Positions 41,189 to 51,200 of a stretch of DNA of 64,000 nt are shown here, piece after piece. A program made the translations under genes and the position numbers. Source of the stretch: Planctomycetota bacterium. Its GTDB lineage: Bacteria; Planctomycetota; UBA11346. Where the stretch lies: NCBI GenBank assembly GCA_038213805.1, contig JBBQSO010000019.1, forward strand, positions 1,114 to 65,113, in the 5' to 3' direction. Under the pieces are notes generated by a model, which saw only the letters and a list, made by a program, of their open reading frames with translations, ran no database searches and was not told the origin of the DNA. Positions within the stretch are counted from its first letter, which is position 1. Each line of letters opens with the position of its first letter.

Positions 41189-43147
41189 ATGTCCACGCCC
41201 ACGGTCCCCGCCTTTTCCGCGCCCTACGTCCCCAGCCGCTTCGCCTTCGCCAGGCGGGCGAGCCGCGCGGTGCGCGTCGGCTCCCTGGTCATCGGCGGCG
41301 GCGCGCCGGTGGTGGTACAGAGCATGTGCACCACGCCGACCCAGGACGTGGCCGCGACCGTGGCGCAGTGCATCAGCCTGGCCGAGGTCGGTTGCGAGCT
41401 GGTGCGCATCACCGCGCCCGGGGTCAAGGACGCGCAGGCCCTCAAGCACATCCGCAGCGGCTTCTCGGCGGCGGGCTTCGCGCACGTACCGCTGGTCGCC
41501 GACATCCATTTCATGCCCGCTGCCGCCATGGAGGCCATCGAGCACGTCGAGAAGGTGCGTGTCAACCCGGGCAACTTCGCCGACAAGAAGCGCTTCGCGG
41601 TCATGGAGTATAGCGACGCCGACTATCAGGCCGAGCTCGAGCGTGTCGCCGAGCGCTTCCTGCCGCTGGTGGCGCGTGCCAAGCAGCTCGGCCGCGCGCT
41701 GCGCATCGGCACCAATCACGGTTCGCTCTCCGACCGCATCATGAACCGCTTCGGCGACAGCCCGCGCGGCATGGTCGAGTCGGCGATGGAGTTCGTGACC
41801 ATCGCCGAGAGCGCGGGCTACAAGGACCTCATCATCTCGATGAAGTCCTCCAACCCCAAGGTCATGGTCGCGGCCTATCGCATGCTGTGCGCGCGCCTCG
41901 CAGACCACGGCGAAGCCTATCCGCTGCACCTGGGCGTGACCGAGGCCGGCGACGGCGAAGACGGCCGCACCAAGAGCGCGGCCGGCATCGGCGCGCTGCT
42001 CGCCGACGGCATCGGCGACACCATCCGGGTCAGCCTGACCGAGCCGCCCGAAGCCGAAATACCGGTGGCGCGCCGGTTGCTCGCCGCCTTCGCTCATGGC
42101 GCTGCGCCGGCGGCCGCGATCGCCACGGCATGGCCGGCCGAAAGCGTCGATCCCTACACCTACCGCCGGCGCGTCGCCGAGATCGTACGCGTTGGCGCCG
42201 ACGTACCGCTCGGCGGCGGATTGCTGCCGCGCGTGCTGGTTCCGGCCGGCGCGGCCCCGGCGCCCGGTCACGAGCCGGCGGCCGATGCGCTGGTCGCCGA
42301 CACCCAGCTGTGGTTCGCCCAGCCGCACAGCATCCCGGGCCTGCGCGGCTGCGCCGAGCACGGCGCGCCACCCGCCGCCACCCCGGCCGCCACCGGCCAA
42401 GTGCCGCTCATTCAGGTCACCGCCGGCACCGACGCCGTGCCGGTGCTGAGGCCCGGCACCCTGGTGCTGTTGCGCCTGGATGATCAGGATCCCGCTGGCG
42501 CGCTGCGAGCGACGCTGCCGCGACTGCCGGACGGCGCGGTGCTCGGCATCGCCGAGCCCGGCCTGCTCGGCGAGCTGCGCGCCTACCGGCTGCTTGCCGC
42601 AGTCATCGAAGAGCAGTTCGCCGCCGCCGAACGCGCCCGTCCGGGCAGCGGCCGTCGCCAACCGCTGGTCATCGCCCTGCCCTTCCAGCGCGACGAGCTG
42701 GCGCTGGCCGCCCTGGCCGGGGCGCTGCTCATCGACGGCATCGGTGACGCGCTCTACTTGCCGGCCGCAGCCGACCCGCGCCGCCAGGCCTACACCATTC
42801 TGCAGGCAGTGAAGGCGCGCATCACGCGCGCCGATTACGTCGCCTGCCCGTCGTGCGGACGCACGCTCTTCGACCTCATCGAGGTCACCGCGCACATCAA
42901 GGAGGTCACCAACCACCTCGACGGCGTGACCATCGCGATCATGGGCTGCATCGTGAACGGCCCGGGCGAGATGGCCGACGCCGACTTCGGGTTCGTCGGC
43001 TCCGGCCCGGGCAAGGTCGACCTCTACCGCGGCCGCGACAAGGTGCGCACCGGCATCGCCTTCGTCGGTGCCCGCGCCGAGCTGATCGGCTTGATCAAGG
43101 AAGCCGGCAAGTGGAAGGAGCCGGCGGAGAGCCCGATCACAGGATAA
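41189..43147 (+). CDS. ispG: 4-hydroxy-3-methylbut-2-en-1-yl diphosphate synthase, long form with inserted A* domain
   Basis: 'RVGSLVIGGGAPVVVQSMCTT', 'GCELVRIT', and the [4Fe-4S] ligands 'ACPSCGRT...GCIVNGPGE'. 652 aa, implying the insertion-domain form. Confidence 0.9.
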   Translation: MSTPTVPAFSAPYVPSRFAFARRASRAVRVGSLVIGGGAPVVVQSMCTTPTQDVAATVAQCISLAEVGCELVRITAPGVKDAQALKHIRSGFSAAGFAHVPLVADIHFMPAAAMEAIEHVEKVRVNPGNFADKKRFAVMEYSDADYQAELERVAERFLPLVARAKQLGRALRIGTNHGSLSDRIMNRFGDSPRGMVESAMEFVTIAESAGYKDLIISMKSSNPKVMVAAYRMLCARLADHGEAYPLHLGVTEAGDGEDGRTKSAAGIGALLADGIGDTIRVSLTEPPEAEIPVARRLLAAFAHGAAPAAAIATAWPAESVDPYTYRRRVAEIVRVGADVPLGGGLLPRVLVPAGAAPAPGHEPAADALVADTQLWFAQPHSIPGLRGCAEHGAPPAATPAATGQVPLIQVTAGTDAVPVLRPGTLVLLRLDDQDPAGALRATLPRLPDGAVLGIAEPGLLGELRAYRLLAAVIEEQFAAAERARPGSGRRQPLVIALPFQRDELALAALAGALLIDGIGDALYLPAAADPRRQAYTILQAVKARITRADYVACPSCGRTLFDLIEVTAHIKEVTNHLDGVTIAIMGCIVNGPGEMADADFGFVGSGPGKVDLYRGRDKVRTGIAFVGARAELIGLIKEAGKWKEPAESPITG

Positions 43148-43159
43148 CTTTACTGTGAG

Positions 43160-43316
43160 ACAGCCGGACAGCCCCAAAGCCAGGCAGCCGGACAGCCGGA
43201 CAGCTGGATAGAACAAGAGGAACGGAGGAACGGAGGAGAGGCTGGGTGGCGATACGGTAAGCCGGAGTCTGACTTTTCGCTCTCCGTTCCTCGTGTTTTA
43301 TTAGGCTGTCCATCCG
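43160..43316. repeat. Composite palindromic intergenic element, family B (core CAGCCGGA(C/T)AG..GGATAGAACAAGAGGAACGGAGG with an inverted partner)
   Basis: Direct reading. Tandem 'cagccggacagcc' and 'ggaacggagga' units, with an imperfect inverted arm 'ctccgttcctcgtgttttattaggctgtcc'. Related to the element at 59445..59648. Confidence 0.7.
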
Positions 43317-43420
43317 CCTGGTCGAAGCGAGAAGCCCGGGTTCCGGCCCTTGCTGCGGGGGGCGGCCGGGGCTAACCTTCTTAGCCCCGGCGACATGCCC
43401 CGGGCATCGGGAAAAAGCCC

Positions 43421-44533
43421 ATGCGCGCCTTCATCATCATCATCATCTTCTTCATCGTCGCGGTCGGTGGTATGCTCGCACGGCTCGCCGCCGAGAGCGA
43501 TCCGCAGACTTTGGCGACCGGTGCCAAGGCTCCCGACTTCACTCTGCCCGGTGTGGACGGCAAGAACCACAGCCTGACCGATTACGCGTCGGCCAAGGTC
43601 CTGGTCGTGGTGTTCACCTCCAACCATTGCCCGACCGCCCAGGAATACGAAGAACGCCTCAAGGCCATCACCGCCGACTACCGGGGGAAGAGCGTGGCGC
43701 TGGTGGCGATCAACCCGAACAGCGAAAAGGCGCTGCGCCTCGACGAGCTCGGCTACACCGATCTCAACGACTCGCTGCCAGAGATGAAGCTGCGCGCCGA
43801 CTATCTGCACTTCAACTTCCCGTACCTCTACGACGGCGCGACCCAGGCGGTATCGCGGGCCTACGGACCGAGCTCGACGCCGCATGCCTTCGTCTTCGAT
43901 GCCGCGCGGATCCTGCGCTACGAAGGGCGCATCGACGACAACGAGCGCGAGGCGGTGGTCAAGATCAAGGACCTGCGCGAGGCCATCGATGCGGTCCTCG
44001 CCGGCACGCCGGTGGCGACGCCGCACACGCCGTCGCTGGGCTGCTCGACCAAGTGGCTCGATAAACAGGATGAGGCAAAGGCCTACCTTGCCGAAATCGA
44101 GAAGGAGCCGGTGACCCTCGCCCTGGCCGGCGACAAGACTCTGGCCGAGCTGATGGCGAACACGGGCGGCAAGCTGCGCCTGATAAACTGCTGGGGACTG
44201 ACCTGCGGCCCATGCGTGCGCGAGCTGCCGGAGCTGGTCGACATCGAGCGCTGGTACCGCGGCCGCGACTTCGAACTGGTGACGGTCTCGACCGACTTTC
44301 CCGAGGACCAGCCGAAGACGCTGGCCATGCTCCAGAAAGTCCATGCTTCGGGCCGCAACCTGCTCTTCGCCGAGGCTGACAAGTACAAGCTGCTCGCCGC
44401 GCTGGACAAGGAATGGGACGGGGCGCTACCCTACAGCGTGCTGATCGCGCCAGGCGGTAAGGTGCTGTACCGCCACACCGGCGCGGTCGATCCGCTGGCG
44501 CTGCGACGGGTGATCCTCAAGAATCTTAAGTGA
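43421..44533 (+). CDS. Exported/anchored protein with two thioredoxin-like (redoxin/TlpA-like) domains
   Basis: Domain 1 'VLVVVFTSNHCPTAQEY' (redoxin-like, single Cys). Domain 2 'LINCWGLTCGPCVRELPEL' (CGPC). N-terminal hydrophobic anchor with an (ATC)5 poly-Ile run. Confidence 0.65.
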   Translation: MRAFIIIIIFFIVAVGGMLARLAAESDPQTLATGAKAPDFTLPGVDGKNHSLTDYASAKVLVVVFTSNHCPTAQEYEERLKAITADYRGKSVALVAINPNSEKALRLDELGYTDLNDSLPEMKLRADYLHFNFPYLYDGATQAVSRAYGPSSTPHAFVFDAARILRYEGRIDDNEREAVVKIKDLREAIDAVLAGTPVATPHTPSLGCSTKWLDKQDEAKAYLAEIEKEPVTLALAGDKTLAELMANTGGKLRLINCWGLTCGPCVRELPELVDIERWYRGRDFELVTVSTDFPEDQPKTLAMLQKVHASGRNLLFAEADKYKLLAALDKEWDGALPYSVLIAPGGKVLYRHTGAVDPLALRRVILKNLK

Positions 44534-44535
44534 GA

Positions 44536-44686
44536 GGTCCGGGATTCCGGAAGTCCGGCAGTCGGACAGCCCCGTTTCCTCACGCACTACCGGACCGCGC
44601 TTGATCGCACCGGCACGGGCGCGCGCAGCGTCACCACACCCACGCAACGAGACTTCCGGAGTTCCGGACTCCGGACTCCCGGACCA
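44536..44686. repeat. Composite palindromic element, family A (arms built from GTCCGGAA(G/T)TCCGG units, ~90-bp spacer)
   Basis: Left arm ggtccgggattccggaagtccggcagtcggacagcc. Right arm gacttccggagttccggactccggactcccggacc, an imperfect inverted copy. Sits between convergent genes. Confidence 0.8.
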
Positions 44687-44695
44687 GTTTCGCCG

Positions 44696-45298
44696 CTAGG
44701 CGAAACTGCTCACGTATGGCAGCTTCTTCGCCGTCGCACGCACCTCCGGCAGGCCGGCGATCAGCTCGCTGGTCGCGTCCCACTGGCCGGTGAGGAACTG
44801 CTGGCGGTGGCCGGCGCCCATCTGCGCCTTCCAGGTCTGGCCGCCGATGCGCACTTCCAGCTTGTCGATGTCGACGGTGACCTGCGCGGCCGGGTCCTTT
44901 ACCACAGCGGCCTGGATGGCCTCGCTGTCGGCGACGCTGACGCGCAGGCAGGGCAGGCCCATCGCCACGCAGTTGCCGAAGAAGATCTCGCTGTAGCTGA
45001 CCGCGATGATCGCGTCGATGCCCCACTTGGCGAGCGCCTGGGGCGCGTGCTCGCGCGACGAGCCGCAGCCGAAGTTACTGTTGGCGACCAGGACTTTGGC
45101 GCCGGTGAAGCGCTTGTCATCAAAGGCGTGGGTCTTGCCTGCGGCGGTGAGCTGCCGGCGGTCGTCCTCAAAGGCGTGTTCGCCGAGGCCGTCGAAGGTC
45201 ACGCAGCGCAGGAAGCGCGCCGGGATGATGCGGTCGGTGTCGATGTCGTTGCCGACCACGGGGACGGCGCGGCCGGAGATGGTGGAGATGGTTTTCAT
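44696..45298 (-). CDS. leuD: 3-isopropylmalate dehydratase small subunit
   Basis: 'MKTISTISGRAVPVVGNDIDTDRIIPARFL' is the canonical LeuD N-terminus. About 200 aa, downstream of leuC. Confidence 0.85.
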   Translation of the reverse strand: MKTISTISGRAVPVVGNDIDTDRIIPARFLRCVTFDGLGEHAFEDDRRQLTAAGKTHAFDDKRFTGAKVLVANSNFGCGSSREHAPQALAKWGIDAIIAVSYSEIFFGNCVAMGLPCLRVSVADSEAIQAAVVKDPAAQVTVDIDKLEVRIGGQTWKAQMGAGHRQQFLTGQWDATSELIAGLPEVRATAKKLPYVSSFA

Positions 45299-45364
45299 GG
45301 TGGGTTCCTGGTGGCGCGCCACGCACGGCGGATCGGCATGATCCGCCGGCGTCGGGTGCGCGGT

Positions 45365-46798
45365 CTAGGCCGGCTTCGCGGCGGCCTTGCCGAGTACCGC
45401 GCGCACGTCGCTGACCTTGCCCTCGAGAGCCGCGATCGCGACCATCGCCGGGCTCATCAGCAGGGTGCGGCCAGAGGGCGAGCCCTGACGGCCCTTGAAG
45501 TTGCGGTTCGACGACGAGGCGCTGACCTGGCGGCCCTTGAGCTTGTCCGGGTTCATCGCCAGGCACATCGAGCAGCCGGCGTTGCGCCACTCGAAGCCGT
45601 GCGCGGTGAAGACCTTGTCCAGGCCCTCGGCCTCGGCGGCGAGCTTGACCGCCTCGCTGCCGGGGACGATGAAGGCCTTGACCTTGGCGTTGACCTGGCC
45701 GCCATGGGCGGTGATGACCTTGGCGGCCTCGCGCAGGTCGCTGATGCGACCGTTGGTGCACGAGCCGATGAAGGCCACATCGATGGCCACGCCGGCAATC
45801 GGCTGGCCGGCCTTGAGATCCATGTATTGGTAGGCCTCTTCGATGGTCGCCCACTCGTCAGAGGTGAAGGATTCCTTGGCCGGGATGCTCTCGGCCACGC
45901 CGACGCCATGGTCGGGCGAGATGCCCCAGGTCACGGTCGGCTCGATGTCCTCGGCGCGGAAGGTCTTCACGTCGTCGAACTGGGCATCGCCGTCGCTGGC
46001 GATGGAAGTCCACCACGCCACCGCCTTGGCCCAGTTCTCGCCCGTGGGCGCGTACTCGCGGCCCTTCAGATAGTCGAAGGTGACCTGGTCGGGATTGACG
46101 TAACCGCAACGCGCGCCGCCTTCGATGGCCATGTTGCAAACCGTCATGCGCTCCTCCATCGACATGGCGGAGAACGTGCTGCCGGCAAACTCGTAGGCGA
46201 AGCCGACGCCGCCTTTGGCGGTGAGCTTGCGCAGGATGTGCAGGATGACGTCCTTGGCGTAGACGCCGGCCTTGAGGCGGCCGTCGACCTGGATCTTGCG
46301 CACCTTCAGGCGCGACATCGATAGGGTCTGGGTGGCCAGTACGTCGCGCACCTGGCTGGTGCCGATGCCGAAGGCGATGGCACCGAAGGCGCCATGAGTG
46401 GCGGTGTGGCTGTCGCCGCAGGCCACGGTCATGCCGGGCTGGGTCAGGCCCTGCTCGGGGGCGATGATGTGCACCACGCCCTGCTTGCCCGAGCCGGGCT
46501 CGAACAGGCGGATGCCGTACTCGCGGCAGTTGCGCGAGATCGCCACCATCATCTCCTCGGCCAGGCCATCGGCGTAAGGGCGCGCCTGGTTCTCGGTCGG
46601 GACGATATGGTCGACGGTGGCGACGCTGAGTTCGGGAAAGGGCACCTTCAGGCCCTTGGCGCGCAGGTCGGCGAAGGCCTGCGGGCTGGTGACCTCGTGG
46701 ATCATGTGCAGGCCGATGAAGAGCTGGTTCTGCCCGCTGGGCAGGGTGCGGACGGTGTGGAGGTCCCAGACCTTGTCGAAGAGCGTGCGGCTACTCAT
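45365..46798 (-). CDS. leuC: 3-isopropylmalate dehydratase large subunit
   Basis: '[16 protein letters not shown]', 'GIVHQV...' aconitase-family motifs, and Cys ligands 'GSCTNGR'. The start is taken at the internal Met; the upstream extension in the track is unlikely to be coding. Confidence 0.88.
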   Translation of the reverse strand: MSSRTLFDKVWDLHTVRTLPSGQNQLFIGLHMIHEVTSPQAFADLRAKGLKVPFPELSVATVDHIVPTENQARPYADGLAEEMMVAISRNCREYGIRLFEPGSGKQGVVHIIAPEQGLTQPGMTVACGDSHTATHGAFGAIAFGIGTSQVRDVLATQTLSMSRLKVRKIQVDGRLKAGVYAKDVILHILRKLTAKGGVGFAYEFAGSTFSAMSMEERMTVCNMAIEGGARCGYVNPDQVTFDYLKGREYAPTGENWAKAVAWWTSIASDGDAQFDDVKTFRAEDIEPTVTWGISPDHGVGVAESIPAKESFTSDEWATIEEAYQYMDLKAGQPIAGVAIDVAFIGSCTNGRISDLREAAKVITAHGGQVNAKVKAFIVPGSEAVKLAAEAEGLDKVFTAHGFEWRNAGCSMCLAMNPDKLKGRQVSASSSNRNFKGRQGSPSGRTLLMSPAMVAIAALEGKVSDVRAVLGKAAAKPA

Positions 46799-46962
46799 GC
46801 CAATCCTCAGGGTGAGGGGCCAAAATGGCGCCCGGGCCGGGCCAGACAAGCCCCGGGTGGGGCGCGTCGCCACAGGACCGTGCGGCGCACCACCCAGCCG
46901 CGTCTGCCCCGACTGGCTCTGGTATTGTGATTTGGGAACGGGGCAACACGATCGACCCACGC

Positions 46963-47817
46963 ATGTTGAAGCTCGAAGTCTTGAATACCGCCTTCAAGGG
47001 CAAGCAGTTCCGTTTCAAGGAAGGCCTTGTGGTCGGGAGCGCCGAGGGCTGCGCCATCCGCGCCCAGCACACCGGGATGCAGGCCGAGCACGCCCGCTTC
47101 TACACTGACAACAACCACTCGATGGTCGAGATCGCCTGCAAGGAGGCCCATCTCTACGTCAACGGCCGGGACGTCGTGCGCAGCGAGCTGCGCCACCAGG
47201 ATGAGATCACCATCGGCCCCCTGCGCCTGCGCGTGGTCGACGACTCGCGGGTCAGTTCGGGGGCGATGCAGCTCGACCAGCTGCTGAGCGAGATGGAGGG
47301 CCAGGAGGCCTCTGACACCCTCTACGACTTCGCCCGCGAAGATCTCTTCTACCTGTCCACCAAGGACCCGGCCCTGCGCACGCGGATCAACTTCGTGATC
47401 CCGAGCAAGGACAAGTTCATCGATCAGGCCCAGGTCTTCCTCGCCCGCCTGGTCAAGGGCGGCACCATGGACGAGCAGCAGGTCGACTCCTTCATGACCT
47501 GCGCCAAGGAACTGATCCTCAACGCCCACCGCCACGGCCACACCTACGATGAGAGCAAGCGCATCACCCTGCGCTTCCGCGACGCCGGCGACCGCATCTC
47601 GCTGACCATCGTTGATGAGGGCAAGGGCTTCGACCACCGCGGCCTGCTCGCCAAGGTCAACGAGAAGGACGCCGCCCAGGCGGCGCGCGAACGCTACCAG
47701 GCCGGTGGTTTCGGCGGCCTCGGTTTCAAGCTGATCACCAAGCTGGCCAAGGATCTGACCTATAACGAGTCGGGCAACCAGGTGACGTTCACGGTGATGA
47801 AGCAGCCGGCGGAGTGA
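46963..47817 (+). CDS. FHA domain fused to a GHKL/HATPase_c (RsbW/SpoIIAB-type anti-sigma serine-kinase-like) domain
   Basis: FHA '[56 protein letters not shown]...[10 protein letters not shown]'. ATPase '[11 protein letters not shown]...[13 protein letters not shown]...[15 protein letters not shown]' (N, G1, G2 boxes). No HisKA/DHp domain. Confidence 0.6.
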   Translation: MLKLEVLNTAFKGKQFRFKEGLVVGSAEGCAIRAQHTGMQAEHARFYTDNNHSMVEIACKEAHLYVNGRDVVRSELRHQDEITIGPLRLRVVDDSRVSSGAMQLDQLLSEMEGQEASDTLYDFAREDLFYLSTKDPALRTRINFVIPSKDKFIDQAQVFLARLVKGGTMDEQQVDSFMTCAKELILNAHRHGHTYDESKRITLRFRDAGDRISLTIVDEGKGFDHRGLLAKVNEKDAAQAARERYQAGGFGGLGFKLITKLAKDLTYNESGNQVTFTVMKQPAE

Positions 47818-47829
47818 GCGGCGGGCCGG

Positions 47830-47986
47830 CTGATGCCAGCCTGGCTGATGGCTGATGGCTGATGGCTGATGGCCGGCCGCTGGTGGAATTCCGGGTGACA
47901 ACCAACTTCAGCACGGCCACTCACCGGCGCACAGCGCCGGTGAGTCAGCCATCAGCTATCAGCCATCAGCCATCAGCTATCAGCCG
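47830..47986. repeat. Heptamer-bounded element 3: (GCTGATG)x~5 - ~70-bp spacer with hairpin - (CAGCCAT/CAGCTAT)x~6
   Basis: Direct reading. Arms at 47830-47873 and 47947-47986. The spacer palindrome is caccggcgcacagcgccggtg. It begins 12 nt after the FHA-GHKL stop and lies ~45 nt upstream of tRNA-Leu. Confidence 0.85.
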
Positions 47987-48030
47987 TCCCAGTGGCGCCC
48001 GCTCCCCAACCAACTAGTCTGCCCTCGTAC

Positions 48031-48115
48031 GCGGGCATGGCGGAACTGGCAGACGCGCGGGATTTAGGTTCCCGTACCGCAAGGTGTGTGGGTTCGAGTC
48101 CCTCTGTCCGCACCA
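48031..48115 (+). tRNA. tRNA-Leu (anticodon UAG), type II with long variable arm
   Basis: Acceptor GCGGGCA/TGTCCGC, 3-bp D-stem, anticodon loop TTTAGGT, long variable arm, T-loop TTCGAGT, encoded CCA. There is one T:T mismatch in the T-stem. Confidence 0.7.
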
Positions 48116-48286
48116 GCGCCCACGATCCGGCCCGTCCGGGTCGTGGGCTTTCTCTACAGCTTGGATGCTTGCAGAGGGGCTGCGCGCGCCCAAGACGGTG
48201 ATCCCCGGCGCACGACCTCGCGTGCGCGGTGTCCGCCATGAGTGCGCACCGCGCGGCCGCTGCTCCCCTCCTCCGATGCACGATCC

Positions 48287-51200
48287 ATGATCCTCGCGGG
48301 CGCCCACCGACCCGATCTGCTGCGCGCCGAAACCCTCCCCGACCTGTTCGAGGCCAGCGCACGCGCGCACCCCGAGCATCCGGCGCTGATCGCCGGCCGG
48401 CGCACGCTCAGCTACGGCGCGCTCGACACCGCCGCCGGGCGCATCGCCCACCGCCTACTCGCCGCCGGCCACGCGTCGCCGGGGCGCATCATCGGGCTGT
48501 GGCTGCCACGCGGCGCCGACCTGCTCACCGCCCAGCTTGGCATCGCCAAAGCCGGCTGCGCGTGGCTGCCGTTCGCCGACGATGCCCCCGCGCAGCGCGT
48601 CGCCGAGTGCCTGCGCGACGCCGGCGCGGTGGCGCTGATCACCGATGCGGCGCTCGCCGCCAGTCTTCCCGCCGGTCTGGAGCCGGCACCGCTGGTGGTC
48701 GACGGGTTGCTCGCCGAGCTGCCGCCGGGCACCCTGCCGCTACGTCGCGAGGGCCTGGGCGGCGAGCATCCGGCCTACGTCATCTACACCTCAGGCTCGA
48801 CCGGCCGTCCCAAGGGCATCGTCGTGCCGCAGCGTGCGATCTGCCACTTCCTGCGCGCTGAAAACGCGCTGCTCGGCGTGACCAGGGATGACCGCGTCTA
48901 CCAGGGCTTCTCTGTGTCCTTTGACATGTCCTTCGAGGAGATATGGATCAGCTGGCTGGTCGGCGCCACGCTGTGGCTCGCGCCCAAGACGGTGACCACC
49001 GATCCCGACGCGCTGCTCGCGGCGCTCACCGGGCAGCGCATCACCGTGCTGCACGCGGTACCCTCGCTGGTCGCGCTGCTGCCGGCGCTGCCGGCGTGCC
49101 TGCGCCTGCTCAATCTCGGCGGCGAGGCCTGTCCGCAGGCGCTCGCCGACCGCCTCACGGTGCCGGGACGGCGCGTGTTCAACACCTATGGGCCGACCGA
49201 GGCGACGGTCAGCGCCACGTTCGCCGAGCTGCGCAACGGCGCGCCGGTGACGATCGGCGGCCCGTTGCCCAACTATGGTCTGGCGATCGTCGACGAGGCG
49301 CTGCAGCCGGTGCCGGCCGGCGCCCCGGGCGAGCTGTGCATCTTCGGTCCCGGCCTGGCGAGCGGCTACCTCGGTCGTCCCGACCTGACCGCCGAGCGCT
49401 ATCCGCAGGGGCCGTTCGCGGCCCTGCCCGGGATCGAGCGGCTCTATCGCACCGGCGACATGGTGCAGCTCGATGGCGAAGGCGCGCTGCGCTTTCTCGG
49501 ACGCAGCGATGACCAGCTCAAGGTGCGGGGCTTCCGCGTCGAACCGGGCGAGATCGAGGAGGCGCTTACCGCCCAGCCTGGCGTCGCCGCAGCCGCGGTG
49601 GTGATGCGCGCGGAAGCCGCAGGGGAGGGCCTGGTGGCGTTCCTGGTGGCGGCGGGCGCCGCGGACGCCACGCCGACGGATGCCACGGAGCGCGAGACCG
49701 CGCTACGCCGTACGCTCGCGGAGGCGCTGCCCGCCTACATGGTCCCGTCGCGCTTCGTGACCGTCGCCGCGTTGCCGCGCCTGCCTTCGGGCAAGGTCGA
49801 CCGCAAGGCACTGCGCGACCAGGTGCTGCCCGCCCTGCCGGCCGCGGCGGGCGGCGACAAGCCGCGCACCCTCGCAGAGGCGTCGCTGTTCGCCGCGCTC
49901 GCCCCGCTCTTCCCAGGGCGCGCGCTGCGCCGTGGTGATGATTTCTTCAGCGATCTGGGCGGCCATTCGCTGACCACGGCGCGCCTGGTCTCGGCACTGC
50001 GCGCGGACCACGGATTCCCGCAGGCGGCGGTGCGCGACATCTACCTGCACCGCCGCCTCGACAGCATCGCCGCCGCGCTCGAGGCCGCGGGTGGCCGGGT
50101 GCAGGCGAGTGCGCCCGGGCCGTCGGCCTGGGCCCGCGCCCACGCCTGCCGCCGCCAGCGCTGGGCCTGTGGACTGGTCCAGACCATGCTGCTGCCCATC
50201 CCGGTGTGCGTGCACCTCGCCACCTGGCTGGCGCCGTTCTTCGCCTACCACTACTTGACCGGAGACGAAGAGGACAGCGTCCAACTCGCAGCGCTGCTCG
50301 CGACGCTGGTGTTCCTCGCTGTCCAGGTGCTGTCGTTCGTGATCGCGGTGGCGGCGAAGTGGCTGGTGCTCGGGCGCCTGCGCCCGGGCCGCTACCCGCT
50401 GTGGGGCGTCACCTACTTGCGCTGGTGGTTCGGCGAGGTCATGGCGCACGCCGCGCCGGTCTACCTGCTGAACGGCACACCCCTGTATCGCATCTATCTG
50501 CGCCTGCTCGGCGCGCGCATCGGCCGCGACGTCGCGATCGCCGGGGTCGAGGTCGCCGCACCCGACCAGCTCGAGATCGGCGACAACGTCGCCATCGGCA
50601 CCGCGGTGAGCATCGCCAACGCGCGCGTCGAAGACGGCTTCCTGGTGGTCGGCCGCGTGGTCATCGGCGCCGGCGCCCTGGTCGACTCCTACGCGGTGCT
50701 GGAAGGCGATACCGCGGTCGGCGCCGGCGCCACCCTTGGCCAACTCTCGGCCCTGCGCGCCGGTGCCAAGGTCCCGGCGGGCGAGTGTTGGGAGGGCGCA
50801 CCCGCGCGCTACGTCGGTGCGGACGAGACCGGCGTGGAGCCGCAGTTCACCCCGTCCATGCCGCGCCGGATCTTCGAACTGGCCTTCTATCCACTCGCCT
50901 CGGCGGTGATCTCGGCGATCTTCTTCCTGCCGGTGTTCCCCGCCTTCATGGTCATCGACGCGATCGACGCGCGCTGGCTCGACACCTTTGACAGCGACAC
51001 CCACACCCTAATCGCGGCCGGGGTCTACCTGGTGCTCGCGCTACCGGCGGCGGCGGTGCTGGTGGTGATCACCCTGTTCGCGGCGGCCCTGCTGCGCCGC
51101 GCCGCCTGCCCGCGGCTTGAGCCTGGCTCGTGGCCGATCCACGGCGCGGTCTACTATGGCAAGTGGGTCGCCGCGCAGATCCAGGAGAGCAGCCTGCACC

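Noticed and set aside
46799-46960. 54-codon N-terminal extension of leuC in the ORF track
   Set aside because: The extension is non-conserved and low-complexity. The canonical LeuC N-terminus '[14 protein letters not shown]' starts at the internal Met.
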